From NCBI GenBank assembly GCA_001949185.1, contig BDGG01000011.1:1137552-1201551 (forward strand): a DNA stretch of 64,000 nucleotides, in the 5' to 3' direction. This DNA comes from Ramazzottius varieornatus. Taxonomy: Eukaryota > Animalia > Tardigrada. Position 1 is the first letter of the stretch; each line of letters opens with the position of its first letter. Both the position numbers and the translations under genes were made by a program. The notes beneath the pieces were generated by a model. The model was given only the letters and a program-made list of their open reading frames with translations. It made no database searches and was not told where the DNA came from. This document shows, piece by piece, positions 31,432 to 43,583 of this stretch.

Positions 31432-33924
31432 ATGGCTTCTTTACGGCCAGCTCTCCTATTTGTTTGGGTAAGTATCTGGATGGACACTTCCTTGTCGAAT
31501 ATTGGATGAGTATGCTCACTCGCAGGTGGGGATCGCTGTCCCGTTCGTCAATGGGCTCATTGGCAATGCAACCTTTCCCGCGTCTTCACGGATTCGGCAA
31601 GGTCGGCTTATCGGTGACGCAATTGGAGCATCCTGCTTTCCACTTGTGTATCCATTCGTCTCTCCGTGCTTGATAGTCAACTCCATCTGTATGCCATCGA
31701 CAGATTCTTACAGCGGCTTCGCGTGTACTTGCAAGTTTGGATTTGTGGCCAACGCCGACAACACACGCTGCATCAGCGGTAAGCCGTTCGAAAGCTTGAT
31801 CTTATGTTTATTCTCAAAGATGTTTCTGTCCTTGTGGTACTGTAGATTCGTCAACCCCGCTGAGCTCGACCGAATGTGTGGACGAGAGCGACTGCGATGG
31901 ATTTCCGGGCACCATCTGCCGCAGGAACACACTGTTCTCTTCGATCAACGGCGCGAAACCTACCTTGTCATCGACAATGAAGCGCTGCCAATGCGCAGAA
32001 GACAGAGACGTGGATCCCACTCAGCCACTCGGATGCCAAAAAAGTGATAGAAACTCGGCCGTAATCTGAGCAACATGTTCTTGAATGTTTCTTCTCCAAC
32101 TTGGTCACCAATTATTTTCAGCGAACTTCAACTGCAGCAAGGCTGGGTCCACAGGTTACTGCAGGAAAAGGAACCCGGAAGACGTCTGCCTGGACAGCAA
32201 GTGCAGCTGTCCAGCAGGAACTGGCGTGGACAACGTCACGAAAGGGTGCGCGCGTAAGTCACAGATGTTTCGGTCGACGTGAGAGATTGTCTTTTACAAA
32301 TGGGTTCTTCATGCATTGTCTGCTGCTGCTGTCGGACTGCCTAACTGTTTGTACTCTAGGTCCCGATAAGAAGACTTGTGAGAAGAAGGACGACTGCCCG
32401 CTGCCCGATAAATTCACCACCGTATCTACGGAAGGTTTTTGCGATCGGAAGCTTGGAAAGTGCAGTTGTGCAATGGCGAAACAAGGTGCAAGCCCAAGTG
32501 CGAATCCACCAGTTCCCGAGATTCCAGCGGGCACCGCCGGCACTTCCGTATACGACTACGCCAGTAGAACTATAAAATGCGTTCGTAAGTGTATTCATCC
32601 TATTTCAATGTCAGACACAGCAGCCTACCCACGGACGTCGCCTGCATAAGATCTTATACCCACCCCTGACGGGGAAAAGTGACCGAACGACAGGTGGGCC
32701 CCTAGCGTGGCTTGGTTGATCACTGATTTTTTACAACCACAATACTGCCTCACATTAGGTGACGGCTGCTGGCTGGCAAGTGCCTACCTGAGCAGTGCGC
32801 CCCTTACTGCCTGGGGTGGGTCTAAAGGTCTTATGCAGGCGACGTCCATGAGCCTACCTGTGGTCGCGAGGCTCAATACATCAATCAATGACAACAGCTA
32901 AATTACGACTGTAACACATATGTAATATCGCGAGTAGGCTGCTGTGTCCGACATTATTTACGTGTACTTGCATCTGGGTCAGCCTATTTCTGATGCACCA
33001 ACTAGCTCGTGCTGCTGCTGTGTCAGAAGAACTGCCATCTGATCAGCTGCAAAAATCTCTTTGATTTAATCGCGCATTTTGTATTTACAGCAATCCAGGT
33101 CCTGGCGAGATGTGCAGACAACGAACACTGCGCAGTCTCACTGAACCAGACTTGTTATAAGTCGTCTCCAGACCAGGCTTTCGGCAGTTGTCTCTGTGCC
33201 CCACTAAAGAGACCACTAATGGGAGGGTTGACCTGCCGTGGTAAGCTTTTTGAGTTATCGGTCCCACTCAGCATATACATCTCAGAAGGATAAAGTGATG
33301 GTTCCAAAGCAGTCAACGTACAATTTTTGTTGACTTTGAACCATCAGAACTGAGGGGCGGGGTCGTGAGGCGCTACGATCAAAAGCCTTGATCGACACTT
33401 TCGGTGCGATCAGCTGTTCACCTCGTAAACCGGCAGCATGTGTGTCTTGAACTTTCTTCACTCTGTCCCATCCTAAAAAGTTCACCACAAACGCGCGATC
33501 TCAGAGGTAGTAAAAAAAACAAGCATAAGACATTACCGGAGGAAAGCGACAGAGCAACGAACACATATTGCCAGTTTACGAGGTGAACAGCTGATCGCAC
33601 CAAAAGTGTCGATCTGGGCTTCTGAGCGTACCGCCTTACGACCCCGCCCCTCAGTTTTGACTGTTCGATTGACCATGGTTCCATGTTAATGGCCGCAATG
33701 GTTTGCATGTGTCTTTAGATGTTTTTGGCAAATGTTGCCATCCCACCGCCCCAGTCGGAACTTTTCACTGCGGAATCCCCATTGTCCCCAAGGCCGGTGT
33801 CTCTGATTTGACATGTTTGCCGTCCACTTCCACCTGTGGATGCAGCACCGGTGTGTTCCAACCTGAGGTTGGATGTGTGGCCACATTGCTCGGTCCATCT
33901 CCGCAATGCAATATATTCCTTTAG
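31432..33924 (+). CDS. Secreted cysteine-rich protein with tandem EB/EGF-like modules
   Basis: Signal peptide MASLRPALLFVW|VGIAVPFVNG (intron 31468-31525). About six module-per-exon Cys units (CTCKFGF, CQCAED, KCSCPAG, KCSCAM, CLCAPL, TCGCSTG). Stop at 33924. No TM segment seen. Confidence 0.75.
32607..32955. mobile_element. Nested MITEs in an intron
   Basis: Outer TIR aatgtcagacacagcagcctac/gtaggctgctgtgtccgacatt. Inner TIR ggacgtcgcctgcataag/cttatgcaggcgacgtcc (approx. 32633-32848). Confidence 0.75.
33338..33667. mobile_element. Long-TIR MITE (~120-bp arms) in an intron
   Basis: aactgaggggcggggtcgtgaggcg...gtgcgatcagctgttcacctcgtaaac is mirrored by gtttacgaggtgaacagctgatcgcac...cgccttacgaccccgcccctcagtt. 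Confidence 0.85.
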
Positions 33925-34501
33925 TCAATCTAAACTTTCAGAAAAATTGTGCACTTTGTTGGCTGGGAGGGTAATTTGCCCTGCACTTAAGATTCTACCA
34001 GCCTTATTAATTGAAGAAAAAGATATACGGAACACATCTCGTTCCGATAAGGGCAAATCAAGATTCAAATAAAGCTCTAGTGGAGCTGGTCCAGTTGTTC
34101 GAGATGTGCTACCTTATTTGACAGCTTTAGAGCTCAAAGGAGAGCAAAATGAACGCAACCGCCCCCGATCATTCAGTGCAGCTTAGCAGATTCGGTTGGA
34201 TCACCCGATCAAGCCTCTTGAGACATGGACAGTGCAAGACAGTGCATTCAGTGACTTTGGCTTCCGCCTTGGTACAGTCTAAGGTAAATGTATGGCTAGA
34301 CTAGTGTTTCTCAAGAATCGACCGATTCGGTAACATATTTCCAAAGAGTGGACAGTGAACACTCTACAAGGTCGGGTTATACGAGGTTTGCCGAAAAAAT
34401 GTCCAAGGTCCTCTGTGAGCTTCCGAGTTGTCATCGACTACTGCAGCACTAACGGGATCCAGTAACATCGCCCTCCGACGAATCACCGTGGAGTCACTTC
34501 G

Positions 34502-34677
34502 GGGGTTAATCTGCCCTTAATCCCTCTAAGCCCGTATACAGGCGCGGTGCCCTGCCATGGAGGTCTTATGGAAAAATCAGCAATCAGCTTGACTTCTTGA
34601 TTTGCTACCACAAGACGTCCATGGCGGGGCACCGCGCCTGTATACGGGCTTAGAGGGATTAAGGGCAGGTTAACCCC
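34502..34677. mobile_element. Near-perfect palindromic element with TTAA-bounded core (piggyBac-like MITE)
   Basis: TTAA-TCCCTCTAAGCCCGTATACAGGCGCGGTGCCC...GGGCACCGCGCCTGTATACGGGCTTAGAGGGA-TTAA (core 34521-34658). Symmetry continues outside the core. Confidence 0.8.
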
Positions 34678-34904
34678 TGCTCGACGGCGTCGACCATTGC
34701 TCTTACACTGAATTTCATACTGGTTATCATGTACGAATTTACAGTCTTACAGCATATTGTACTGTGCGCATACGTTACGATACAGCGATCAAAACGCCAT
34801 CAAAAATTTGAGAAGGTGAACGCCCAGGTAACGAACTTACATTCGAATGTTTACCTTCAGGCGCTACCACAAATTCGTTGTATAAGCACATTATTACGTC
34901 TGCA

Positions 34905-37900
34905 TCAAAACGGAATATGGGAGTAATTATACCGCACAACCAGTTTTGAAGATTGAAGATTCATCCCGATGTAAATACCTGTCATAAGCAGACCGGCCAA
35001 AAGGGGCCAGAACGAGAAGATGGCGGTACAAGCGGAGCTCGAACTGTCCTTGCTTATTCCCCCATCGCCGATGCTGGATGGATTTGTGCTGTCTGTGATC
35101 AGGCTTTCTGCCGTGGATTCTATGTTTCCGCCGCTGACAATGGGAGGCGAAGAGTTGAGATTGTCGCTGCTCCACGTGTTGCACGAATCAGCTTTACACA
35201 CGCATATCGTAAGGGGAATGTTACTGGCGATAATGAGATCGTCAAAGCAACCCCAACCTTTCGTATCCAGGTCGGTCTTTACATGGGCTGGAGTTTTATC
35301 TCCCACTACGTAGCATGATCGATATGTGTTAAGCGCTGAAAAACATAAATAAAATCTTGAATTACACATACTGTTATCCTTTGAGTTTTGTGGCCGCAAC
35401 TGCGGGATATCCAGCCAACCGTTTCTCTTCAAATTTCTTCCTTTGTTTGAGGTACTGTCGAAGAGGTGCATGACGGAACCAGTTTTATAGATTCTTGCGT
35501 CATTGACCTGTTTTTATTATTTCGTTTATTTCTTATTTCTGCGGAACTTGTGGTTAATGCCGGTGTTATCACTACGAGGGAGAGGTTATTGAGTTAGCCA
35601 TAACGACCTGCGGTTGTTGAGTTAGCCACCGCTGCGGTATGTGGTGGCGCACAGTCAGGGCAATAGCCAAAAAACGCGATAATCAATACCGCTCTTCTAA
35701 ACTACCGTATGAGGCGCATACCGCTGTTATCAAGGCTGATAATTTCGAGAGCCGAATGAACATTTTCTTGACCGGAATGCCCATCACAGAACTGAAACTT
35801 CTCAACGATTGCTCAATGATAGCTGTGGCACAGTGTTGTCGGTTAAGGGTCATCCTAGTATCTGTACAGCTCAACAGTAAGTCTTCCAGGGCATTTTCTT
35901 CGTGGAGAGGAATTTTAGGCTGTTTTCATGACTTCCGACGTGTTGACCATTCAGCCGAATGTCCAGCGTCTGCCAATTTACTCCGTACGCCTCCGCAGTT
36001 TCCCGCATTCCCCATCCCATTTCTCTCACCGCATGAACCGCTGCTTGCATCGTTAACTGCGCATGGACCTCTAGTGCAGTCTTCAGCTTGAGAGACGCCA
36101 TGTTTATTCCGACAGAGTTGATAACAAAACTGCTGTACGAAATTTGGCCTCGCAGTGAAAAAAATAATTCTTATTGTCATTGAAAACCGCGTCGTCAGCG
36201 CCTCTAGTGGCCTTAGTTTCATTCCTGGTCCAGGCTCTCTAACATGGGGTTTGACAGTTTGCCGAACTGGGGATCTTGTGCATGCATTGAGAACCTAAGC
36301 CCATCGCAAGAAGTACCATTCGACAGCCCGTTATTTTCTCTGTCGAATCATCCAAACATGTGTTAGAATATGTCAGACAGAACGGGCGAAAACAGTTGGC
36401 TAACTCAATAACCGAAGGTTCTTATGGCTAAATCAATAACCTCTCCCTCGTAGGCAAAGTTTATGGAGAAGATTTGGACATCTTTCACGTGTAAAGTTCA
36501 GCCTTTGAACTTGAGAAACTCATAATGAGCTGCATAATCTTGAAATGGCTGGCCCGGTTGATTTGATATCGGTTCGACCCGGTCGCGAAACCATGAACCA
36601 TAGTTGCGACACGGTTCGGCAGTACTAACGGCATAGTGCCCAGCTTCGCTCAGTGTCGCGCACCACGCACCATAACCCCTCCATAACTGGTGCCAGGTTT
36701 GGCCATCCTTCTTGTGGATGCGCCAAATAGCGCTCAGACCTCTCGTGTGATCAAACTCTTCATACAATCTCCGTAAAATCAATGGATCTGTTTCGCAAGT
36801 CATGTTTTCACCAATCACAGCATATGTATAGATTTATACTGCGCAGCTATCCCGGCTTATGTTTTCCCTAGTATCGCTGCACAGAATTTCAAAATCTGTG
36901 CAAGCTGAGTTGATCGACGTATTGATTTGTTACGTTTCAAATTCCGAATTTCAAATTTTTGAATTCGTTTCTCCTAGTGTTTTGCGATTTCGTTCTTACT
37001 CGCGAGATGCTTTCCGGTTGCTCGATCCTCTTTATGCTCATTACCCTAAGGCATGATGGAAGGTGGAAGTTTTAGCCAGAAGGACGGTGATGATCTCCAG
37101 CCAAGCCGGAGGGAAAGTTTTGCAAGCCGTCCCATTTCATTGCTCTTCTCCGTCAAGTAGCCGCCGAGGATCCATCCCAGCACTCAAGTGGAGGAACCAG
37201 CTGTTCCTGTTGCGCAGAAATCAAGTTAAGAAGTTAGAGAATTTCCGGTGATTCATCGAGGGAAGAACATTCGAGATAGCTTCGATAACGATGATGATGA
37301 AGCGACGTCGAGGTGAGCTTTTCTTTCTATTACTTTGCCCTACCCATGTGAAATCACGCATTCACCAAGTGTCTGCGCCAGTGGAACTGGGTCTTAACAC
37401 CGCGCTTTTGCTTGCAGGAAAGCTTGTTCTCTCGAGTAGAGATGGTGATAAGGACGATGGGAAACACCAGGTGAATGCTAATAGGGGAATCAATTTAAGT
37501 AATCCGAAAAAGAAAGCTGAGCATGGGGTCGATAATGCTGATCGCTTCAGCGAGGCAGACGACCGACCCGAAGCGACAGACTTGCTAACATTCTGTCAAC
37601 TGCCAATGAGACCGAACAGAAGCACGGGACATGAAGCTGGACTTGCAGGACAGTGGGTGCGCGCGTTCCAGGAAGCTCTGCTCCTACAAAAGGCCGCCAG
37701 GAAGGAAAGTGCGACTTCGAAACCTCGACAACTGGAGCCGAGGCGAGTACGACCAAAGCCCGTATCAAAAGTAACCAAGAAAAGACTTTTGACTTACAAC
37801 ATTTCTAAAGCGTACGGTGCACGAACTGCTCAAATAATCCTGCTAGCTCCGATCTGAAGAGTGGAGAGAATAAGTTTCGATTGCAACTGATTCAGTAATT

Positions 37901-40204
37901 GCTGAAGTGGATTCGAATCTGACCAGTTCTTCTGCTTCTCAGCGCACTACGTTATGAAATCAGGAAAACCTTCGGTGATGCTCTTTGATGCTTGGTTTTC
38001 CGTAATGTCGAACCGTAAAGCACCAATCGTTGGCCAAGATTCACACAGCGGTCAAACAAATTTCGAAGTGCGGAGGACCACAGACGAAAGAGAAGAAAAA
38101 ACGGCAAGCTGACCCCGCGACAGTGGCGCACCTCCGGTTTCTTATGCTATGATTCATTTCGCCGACTGCGAAACGTTTTCTGCACAGAATTTTAATTGTA
38201 TAAAATCATTATTTCACACGATTTTAGTCAAAAACATGACTTGCGAAACAGGTCTAGTGTCTACCAGGCGTTGATATAGTATGTACACAATAATAGGGGG
38301 ACTGGACCCTGGTTTTCAAACGCCGGTAGCGTGTTGCTGACCTTAGCAACGTCATTACATTCGAACTATATCCTATCATCATTTCAGATTCTGACCGTAT
38401 GTGACTGTCCTGTGTTTCGTTATCGAGCATGTCGACCGACTGAATAAAGATCAGTTTTTAAGACTTCAAAAGGTCGGTAGTATGTGGAGTATTAGGTAGT
38501 GTCTGTGGTGTCTATTGATAGGTAGTACGCGGAGTGGTTGGGTAGTGCGGAATGTAAAAGTGGTGGCATGCGGAGTATTTTGGTAAAGCGGGTAGTGTGC
38601 GGAGCCATTACCCATTTTTAGATCATGTTATCCGAAGAAAATGTTTCGGGGGAAGGAGTTGCAGGTTTTTCTTTGACAGGTGGCGGCATGCTACAGGAGG
38701 GTCGAGGTATCATTCTCGTACGTGTGATGGTTTCTGATTTTCACTCTGACTAAAGCCATGGTCATTTTGCCCCATTTCAACTGGTTTAGGTCGGTGGGCG
38801 GTGCCAAATCTGAGCAACCAGTCCCCACTTTTCCGACTGACCACACTTTCGGAACATGACGACCAGTGCACCACCTACCAACTCAAAGTGGTCAACGTTC
38901 ATAGTTTCTTGCTGACCACTATGCAGACCTTTTCTTGAGTCGAAAATATAAAAGAAGTAAATCTTTCCCGTCTCACGGACTTCTTGAAAACTGTTTGTAA
39001 GATGATCAGTAGATGCACCAGGCCCCAGTTATATTTTCGGTCGAAGTTGCTTCGCGATTGAGGTCTTTCAGCTCTCACAAGATAAATTTTATTGTTTGGA
39101 CTCCTGTCGAGTTTTCCACCCGGATAACTTTGGCAGCCAATGTTTCGAAAGAGAACTTGATGGTGCTTTTTCAAGAGCGACCATCGACGAAAACGAGAAA
39201 ATGCCCTGTTTCAGTTTGCTCTTGTTTGAAGGTCGATTTCTGTGTTGTGAATGCCCTCCAAAGTCCACCACCTTCACGAGGTCGGAAGAGTTGAAAAAGC
39301 ACACGAAATCGACAAAGTCCAAAGCACAGTACAAACAGCATACAAACATCGCACTTGTAAAAAACGAAGGTACGTACATCTCGCATATAAACTAACGGCG
39401 CATAGACACCACCTTTCACCGCACTGGAACTTGCTCCTAACCGGTATGCTGTTTTACGTCATTCAAATCTACTAAAGCCGCATACAAAGGACCTTTTAAT
39501 GATAGTCATCGACGACTGCAGCTTTAGCATAATATGCGAATTTTCTAAAAGCACTGTCAAACTTACGTTGTCTATGATTGCCATAATATATCGTTGTAAG
39601 GCAGAAATACTCCGCTGGCTTTGCTGCTTGATTTGGGATATCCACACAGTCCAATTCGTAGTTTTTTAGCGTAGATAAGCTGTTAGCGCATTTGTCCCAT
39701 TGACTTTTCACGTAACTCTGATTGGCTTGACTGTTAGGGACTGCACCGTGACCAGTGTCCGTCCATCCTGAAGACTGACACACCACGCATCTTTTGGCTC
39801 CTGCAGAGCGGGGCAACGTTTCGTATTGGTCTACTTGTGCATGAAATGCCACCGGTACTATACCGGAATGTTGCAATATATTAGTTGCCGTTTTGATCAA
39901 CTTCAAATATCATTCATTAACGGACGGAACCGTCCAGCCTGGACGGTTCCGGGCAGGGCCGCAGCGGCGTGTGTTGGATGTATCAAGATTGCAATGTGAC
40001 GTCACAGGCTTTAGGCTGATCGCAGTGCAAAACTGATCACGACGCATGACGTAGCTGATACATCCAATACAGGCCGCTACGGCCCTGGTTCCGCCAGTGA
40101 AATACTGTTGGGCTCAACGTAAAGCTTTCGTTGCACCAACCTTCAGCGAGCAGCGGAAAAACTGCAGCGGCGACCAGTACAACCAGACAGGAACCGAAAT
40201 TCAT
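34905..40204 (-). CDS. Ly6/three-finger (quiver/sleepless-like) membrane-anchored protein, 3 exons
   Basis: Exons 40204-40141 (signal peptide MNFGSCLVVLVAAAVFPLLAEG), 39800-39567 (KRCVVC...) and 35335-34905 (YRSC...CVCKADSCN, Ser-rich stalk, hydrophobic tail). All junctions are phase-1 GT-AG, with 10 Cys ending in the CN motif. Confidence 0.78.
35575..36450 (-). mobile_element. Internally deleted pogo-like DNA transposon
   Basis: ~55-bp TIRs CGAGGGAGAGGTTATTGAGTTAGCCATAA with TA on both sides. Residual HTH_psq-like ORF 36101-35871 (MQAAVHAVREMGWGMRETAEAYGVNWQTLDIRL). Confidence 0.82.
39954..40087. mobile_element. hAT-like MITE in intron 1 of the Ly6 gene
   Basis: CAGGGCCGCAGCGGCGTGTGTTGGATGTATCA...TGATACATCCAATACAGGCCGCTACGGCCCTG, with flanks gttccggg/gttccgcc as an imperfect 8-bp TSD. 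Confidence 0.75.
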
Positions 40205-41012
40205 TAACACCGACGTTTGTGAATACAGCATCTAGTATATCAGGATCCGGATCCTCTTGAGAAATACAGCGGACGAAAAATTAATGCTTAGCTTGAGACA
40301 ACCATCTTCAACACAAGTTAATGAGGCGTTTGCAGTTCGGCTTAGATCTGGCAGAAAGGATAGTCGGGCGTATCCATGGACATACTTTCTGATACAGCCG
40401 CAGTTGTCTGGAAAATGCAGCAAAATGCACTGGGTCGCGAAATTCGAGGCTCAAAGCTCCATTAGGCGGGGCTTTTGATGTTGTGGGTGGAATCAGCTAC
40501 TCGCTGGCCGAACACTGCACCACAGCCACGCAACCAGCAGCGAAAATTCCATAGGCCAAGAATTGTACACTATTGGTGCTGCGTGTGTTTGGGCGTGCGC
40601 ACAGTTTTTGGTGTGGTGCACTACCGTGCTACTGTACTGTGCTACTGTACATGCACTGGTGGCTGCGATGAACGGATGGCAGGTAAGCGATGGATAGGTA
40701 TACCCAAAGTTAATGGCTGACTCGATCCGGACGCAAACATTTTGGTCAGAAGGACAGCGACACGGAAAATACTGTTACATGGTTTTTCGAACAGTTTCAT
40801 CTGCTTCTTGAAGTCGACAAAAGCAACACTAGTGACATTTTCTTCGAATCCCATTCGATACACTGGCGAACCGAAGACATCAACTTGTTTGTGTACCGTC
40901 ACTCTGGCTCGTTCTGCATTTCCGCTTCCAAGATTGGCTTATGGAGATGATTTCTCTTGCCGTCTCCTGAATCGCCGTGAATTGAGTAATGCTCAGCGAA
41001 ATTTTCCTGATG

Positions 41013-41110
41013 AGTACGGAAAGCTCCCTTATTTTCGAAAAATAGCGTAACCGAAAATACGGTTAGCTAGCATTGTAAAGCATGGTGGTTGCCCAACTAT
41101 TCAAGCTTGT
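41013..41110 (+). repeat. Dispersed repeat, second copy at approx. 48815-48910
   Basis: Both sites share agctccc.ttattttcg...atagcgtaa...tacggtta.ctagcattg..aagcatggtggttgcccaa.tattcaa. Confidence 0.75.
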
Positions 41111-41347
41111 GTCTCAAAACTCGATTTTGCCACAAATTTATTTTTATGGCGATCATTTGACCGTCTGACGCTCCTCTTCTTCATTGTGATATTAAGTTCC
41201 CCACGAGTTCGCAGGCTACTTTAGGGAAAGAAAGCATGCATGGAGAAAAAAAGCAAACACTGGGCCGGAATGAAGCTATAGACGGCCCATTCTGCCAAGG
41301 AAAGCATGTTTTCAAGTATGGCAAAAAAGGCGACAAGATTATTTTCG

Positions 41348-41396
41348 AATTGGCGCGCGCTTCCAGCCCGTCACACTGCAAGCGTGAGGCACTTGA
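41348..41396. repeat. Palindrome family A, 1 unit (intergenic)
   Basis: tggcgcgcgcttccagcccgtcacactgcaagcgtgaggcacttg, preceded by the caagattattttc flank. Confidence 0.7.
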
Positions 41397-41731
41397 GAAA
41401 GCAGTCTGGTCGATTGTTGCTTGACGTGAGGGTTTCCACCTTCGGAAGGGAGAGCATCAGAACAGTATGTTCATAAGACATCAGAAGTAAATAGGTTGCT
41501 TTTTTATCCCTGCTTCGAGTGTATCCACCAAGGAGAACCAAGCTTTGCAGGAGAAGAAAAGAAACGTCCGAAAACAAACTCGAATTTGCCCGTTCAGGTT
41601 AGCTGTAGAAAAATCTAGCGGGCGTGTTAATTTGTCCTGCAACGTAATCGTCCCAAACGATTCCGGTAATCCGGTTCCGCTTGTTAGCTACAGTGGGAAA
41701 GTGAACGGGAGCTGGCAACATAGTCTTTCTA

Positions 41732-42048
41732 CGAGGTAGACGGCACGAAGATTAGTCGGAAATTCCGGCGTGAAGATTACAACGCAACATTGCTTTCTAT
41801 GCTTGATTGTTTGATCCTAGTACACCTCATACGCTCTTTAGCATTGCTCGACACACCTCTCCCTTTCAAGGCTCACATCTGACCAGTTTGACTCCTGTTT
41901 CACCTCTGAAGGTCCATAAAGAATGGGAATAAGTTTTTCTTGATTTAGGCACCAAGAAAGTTGAGTTTGACGCAGAGAAAGCCAAAATTGAGACCTGTAA
42001 TCACCACGCCGGAATTTCCGACCTGTAATCCCCATGCCGTCTACCTCG
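41732..42048. mobile_element. Tc1/mariner(pogo)-type MITE
   Basis: TA-CGAGGTAGACGGCA..gattagtcggaaattccggcgtg...cacgccggaatttccgac..TGCCGTCTACCTCG-TA. Confidence 0.82.
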
Positions 42049-42793
42049 TATTGATATAGCAGACTGCGGTCTGCGTTATCCATACTACAGCGCCCTTGCG
42101 GCGAAATAACGAAACCGCAGAAAATACACCCCGTTCACGCCAAATCGCCACCACCTGGCATTGCAACGTTAAAAAATCCATCTTGCCCGTTTTCTGCTCA
42201 TCCCAACTCGCCATTTGCATAACTTTCCAAGCTGTTTTGACTGAACCATGGCTTGCTTCGCTCCTCCAAGAGACAGCGTGAAACAATTGACTGGTATGAC
42301 TTCAGGTCAGGAAGACGTATAGTAAGTAAGCGAGTAAAACGCAGTCTGCAAAATTCAATAATCGAGTTCCCTTTAGCAACCTCATTCAGAAAGGCTTACA
42401 GCCTCCGGAACTCTCTGTTGGAAACGAGAAAGACCGCGGAAATATCAAACGAGCTCGGCAAACGAATTACAACCTTGAAGTTCGGCCATTTTGCCGAGAA
42501 ATCCCGTTTTGTCGAAAAATTTCCACACACAGTCCTGAACGGCAGATTCATGAGATCAGCCATATTTTCCGTAGCTCCGTCTCCGGTTTGACTGTCTTAA
42601 GCAGCGGTACCGCGGGACTTCAATGGAAGACTGAGAAAACAACTTCAGAAAACGACCTAAAAAACCGAAAAGTTGAGTGCAGTTTCAGCTAACCACCTTC
42701 CCTAGCTCCATGTCGATCCTGGCTTTTTGTGAGCAGATTTTAGGCCAGTAAATTGGGCCAAGGTAGCAAACAGAAAGTTAAACCACGGAAAAT

Positions 42794-43051
42794 CAGTCCA
42801 ACCTGTGAGATGTGACAGTTCAAACGCCCGAAATCAGTTCCGAACGGTTCATGTGTGTACGGAGTTGCTCGCCATGCTGTTCGTATGAGGCCGATCAGCT
42901 GATCAAACACGCGCTTGATCACTTGATCAGGTCAAGCCATAACCGGACGTCGATCAACTGATCGTGCTGCGCAGTGCTTGGCCAGCAGTCTCACACAGAA
43001 ACGCTGTTCGGTAGCAGAAGAAGTAATTGTCACATCTCACAGGTAGGACTG
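42794..43051. mobile_element. MITE
   Basis: CAGTCCAACCTGTGAGATGTGACA...TGTCACATCTCACAGGTAGGACTG-TA. Confidence 0.78.
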
Positions 43052-43375
43052 TAACAATCCAGTCGAGAACGCCTTAATTTTATAGGTGGTAGCGACTTGG
43101 CGTGAACGGGGTGCAGCTGGCTGGAAACAATATGTCTCTAAATCTTTCAACAGAAATTTACAATAGCTGTATACAGGATAACAGGGTCGATTGCTTTCGA
43201 ACGTGCACTGCCCCTCGAGGCAGCGATTCGCGGTCTGTCACTGTATCCTTAGACGCAAGTTTGGCGCAGTTGCCCGATGTGTTTTCTACTTCAGGCCGTC
43301 GTCCTGATTTTTTACCCATCCGGCTGATCTTGCAGTAACAGCATTATGGCGGTCGAACGTGGAACTCTAAAACTA

Positions 43376-43583
43376 CGCCCGTATCTGGGCCAATATATAA
43401 ATACGAGCGCGCATCATTCCGCGTTAATCTTTGTAATCTGTGAAGGTGAAACTGCGCTTGGTGATTTGGATACAAGGTAAACGGCATAATTCGGCAAAAC
43501 CAGAACGGTGCAAAACAAAACTGACTAGTGCGCACACGCGCAGATCGTACGCGCTCATGATACAGCGCATTTATGGACGGGCG
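43376..43583. mobile_element. Possible degenerate MITE
   Basis: TA-CGCCCGT...ACGGGCG-TA with an inner gagcgcg/cgcgctc match. Confidence 0.4.

Noticed and set aside
38476-38606. Degenerate ggtagtrygcggagt tandem repeats
   Set aside because: Short low-complexity minisatellite with no further structure.
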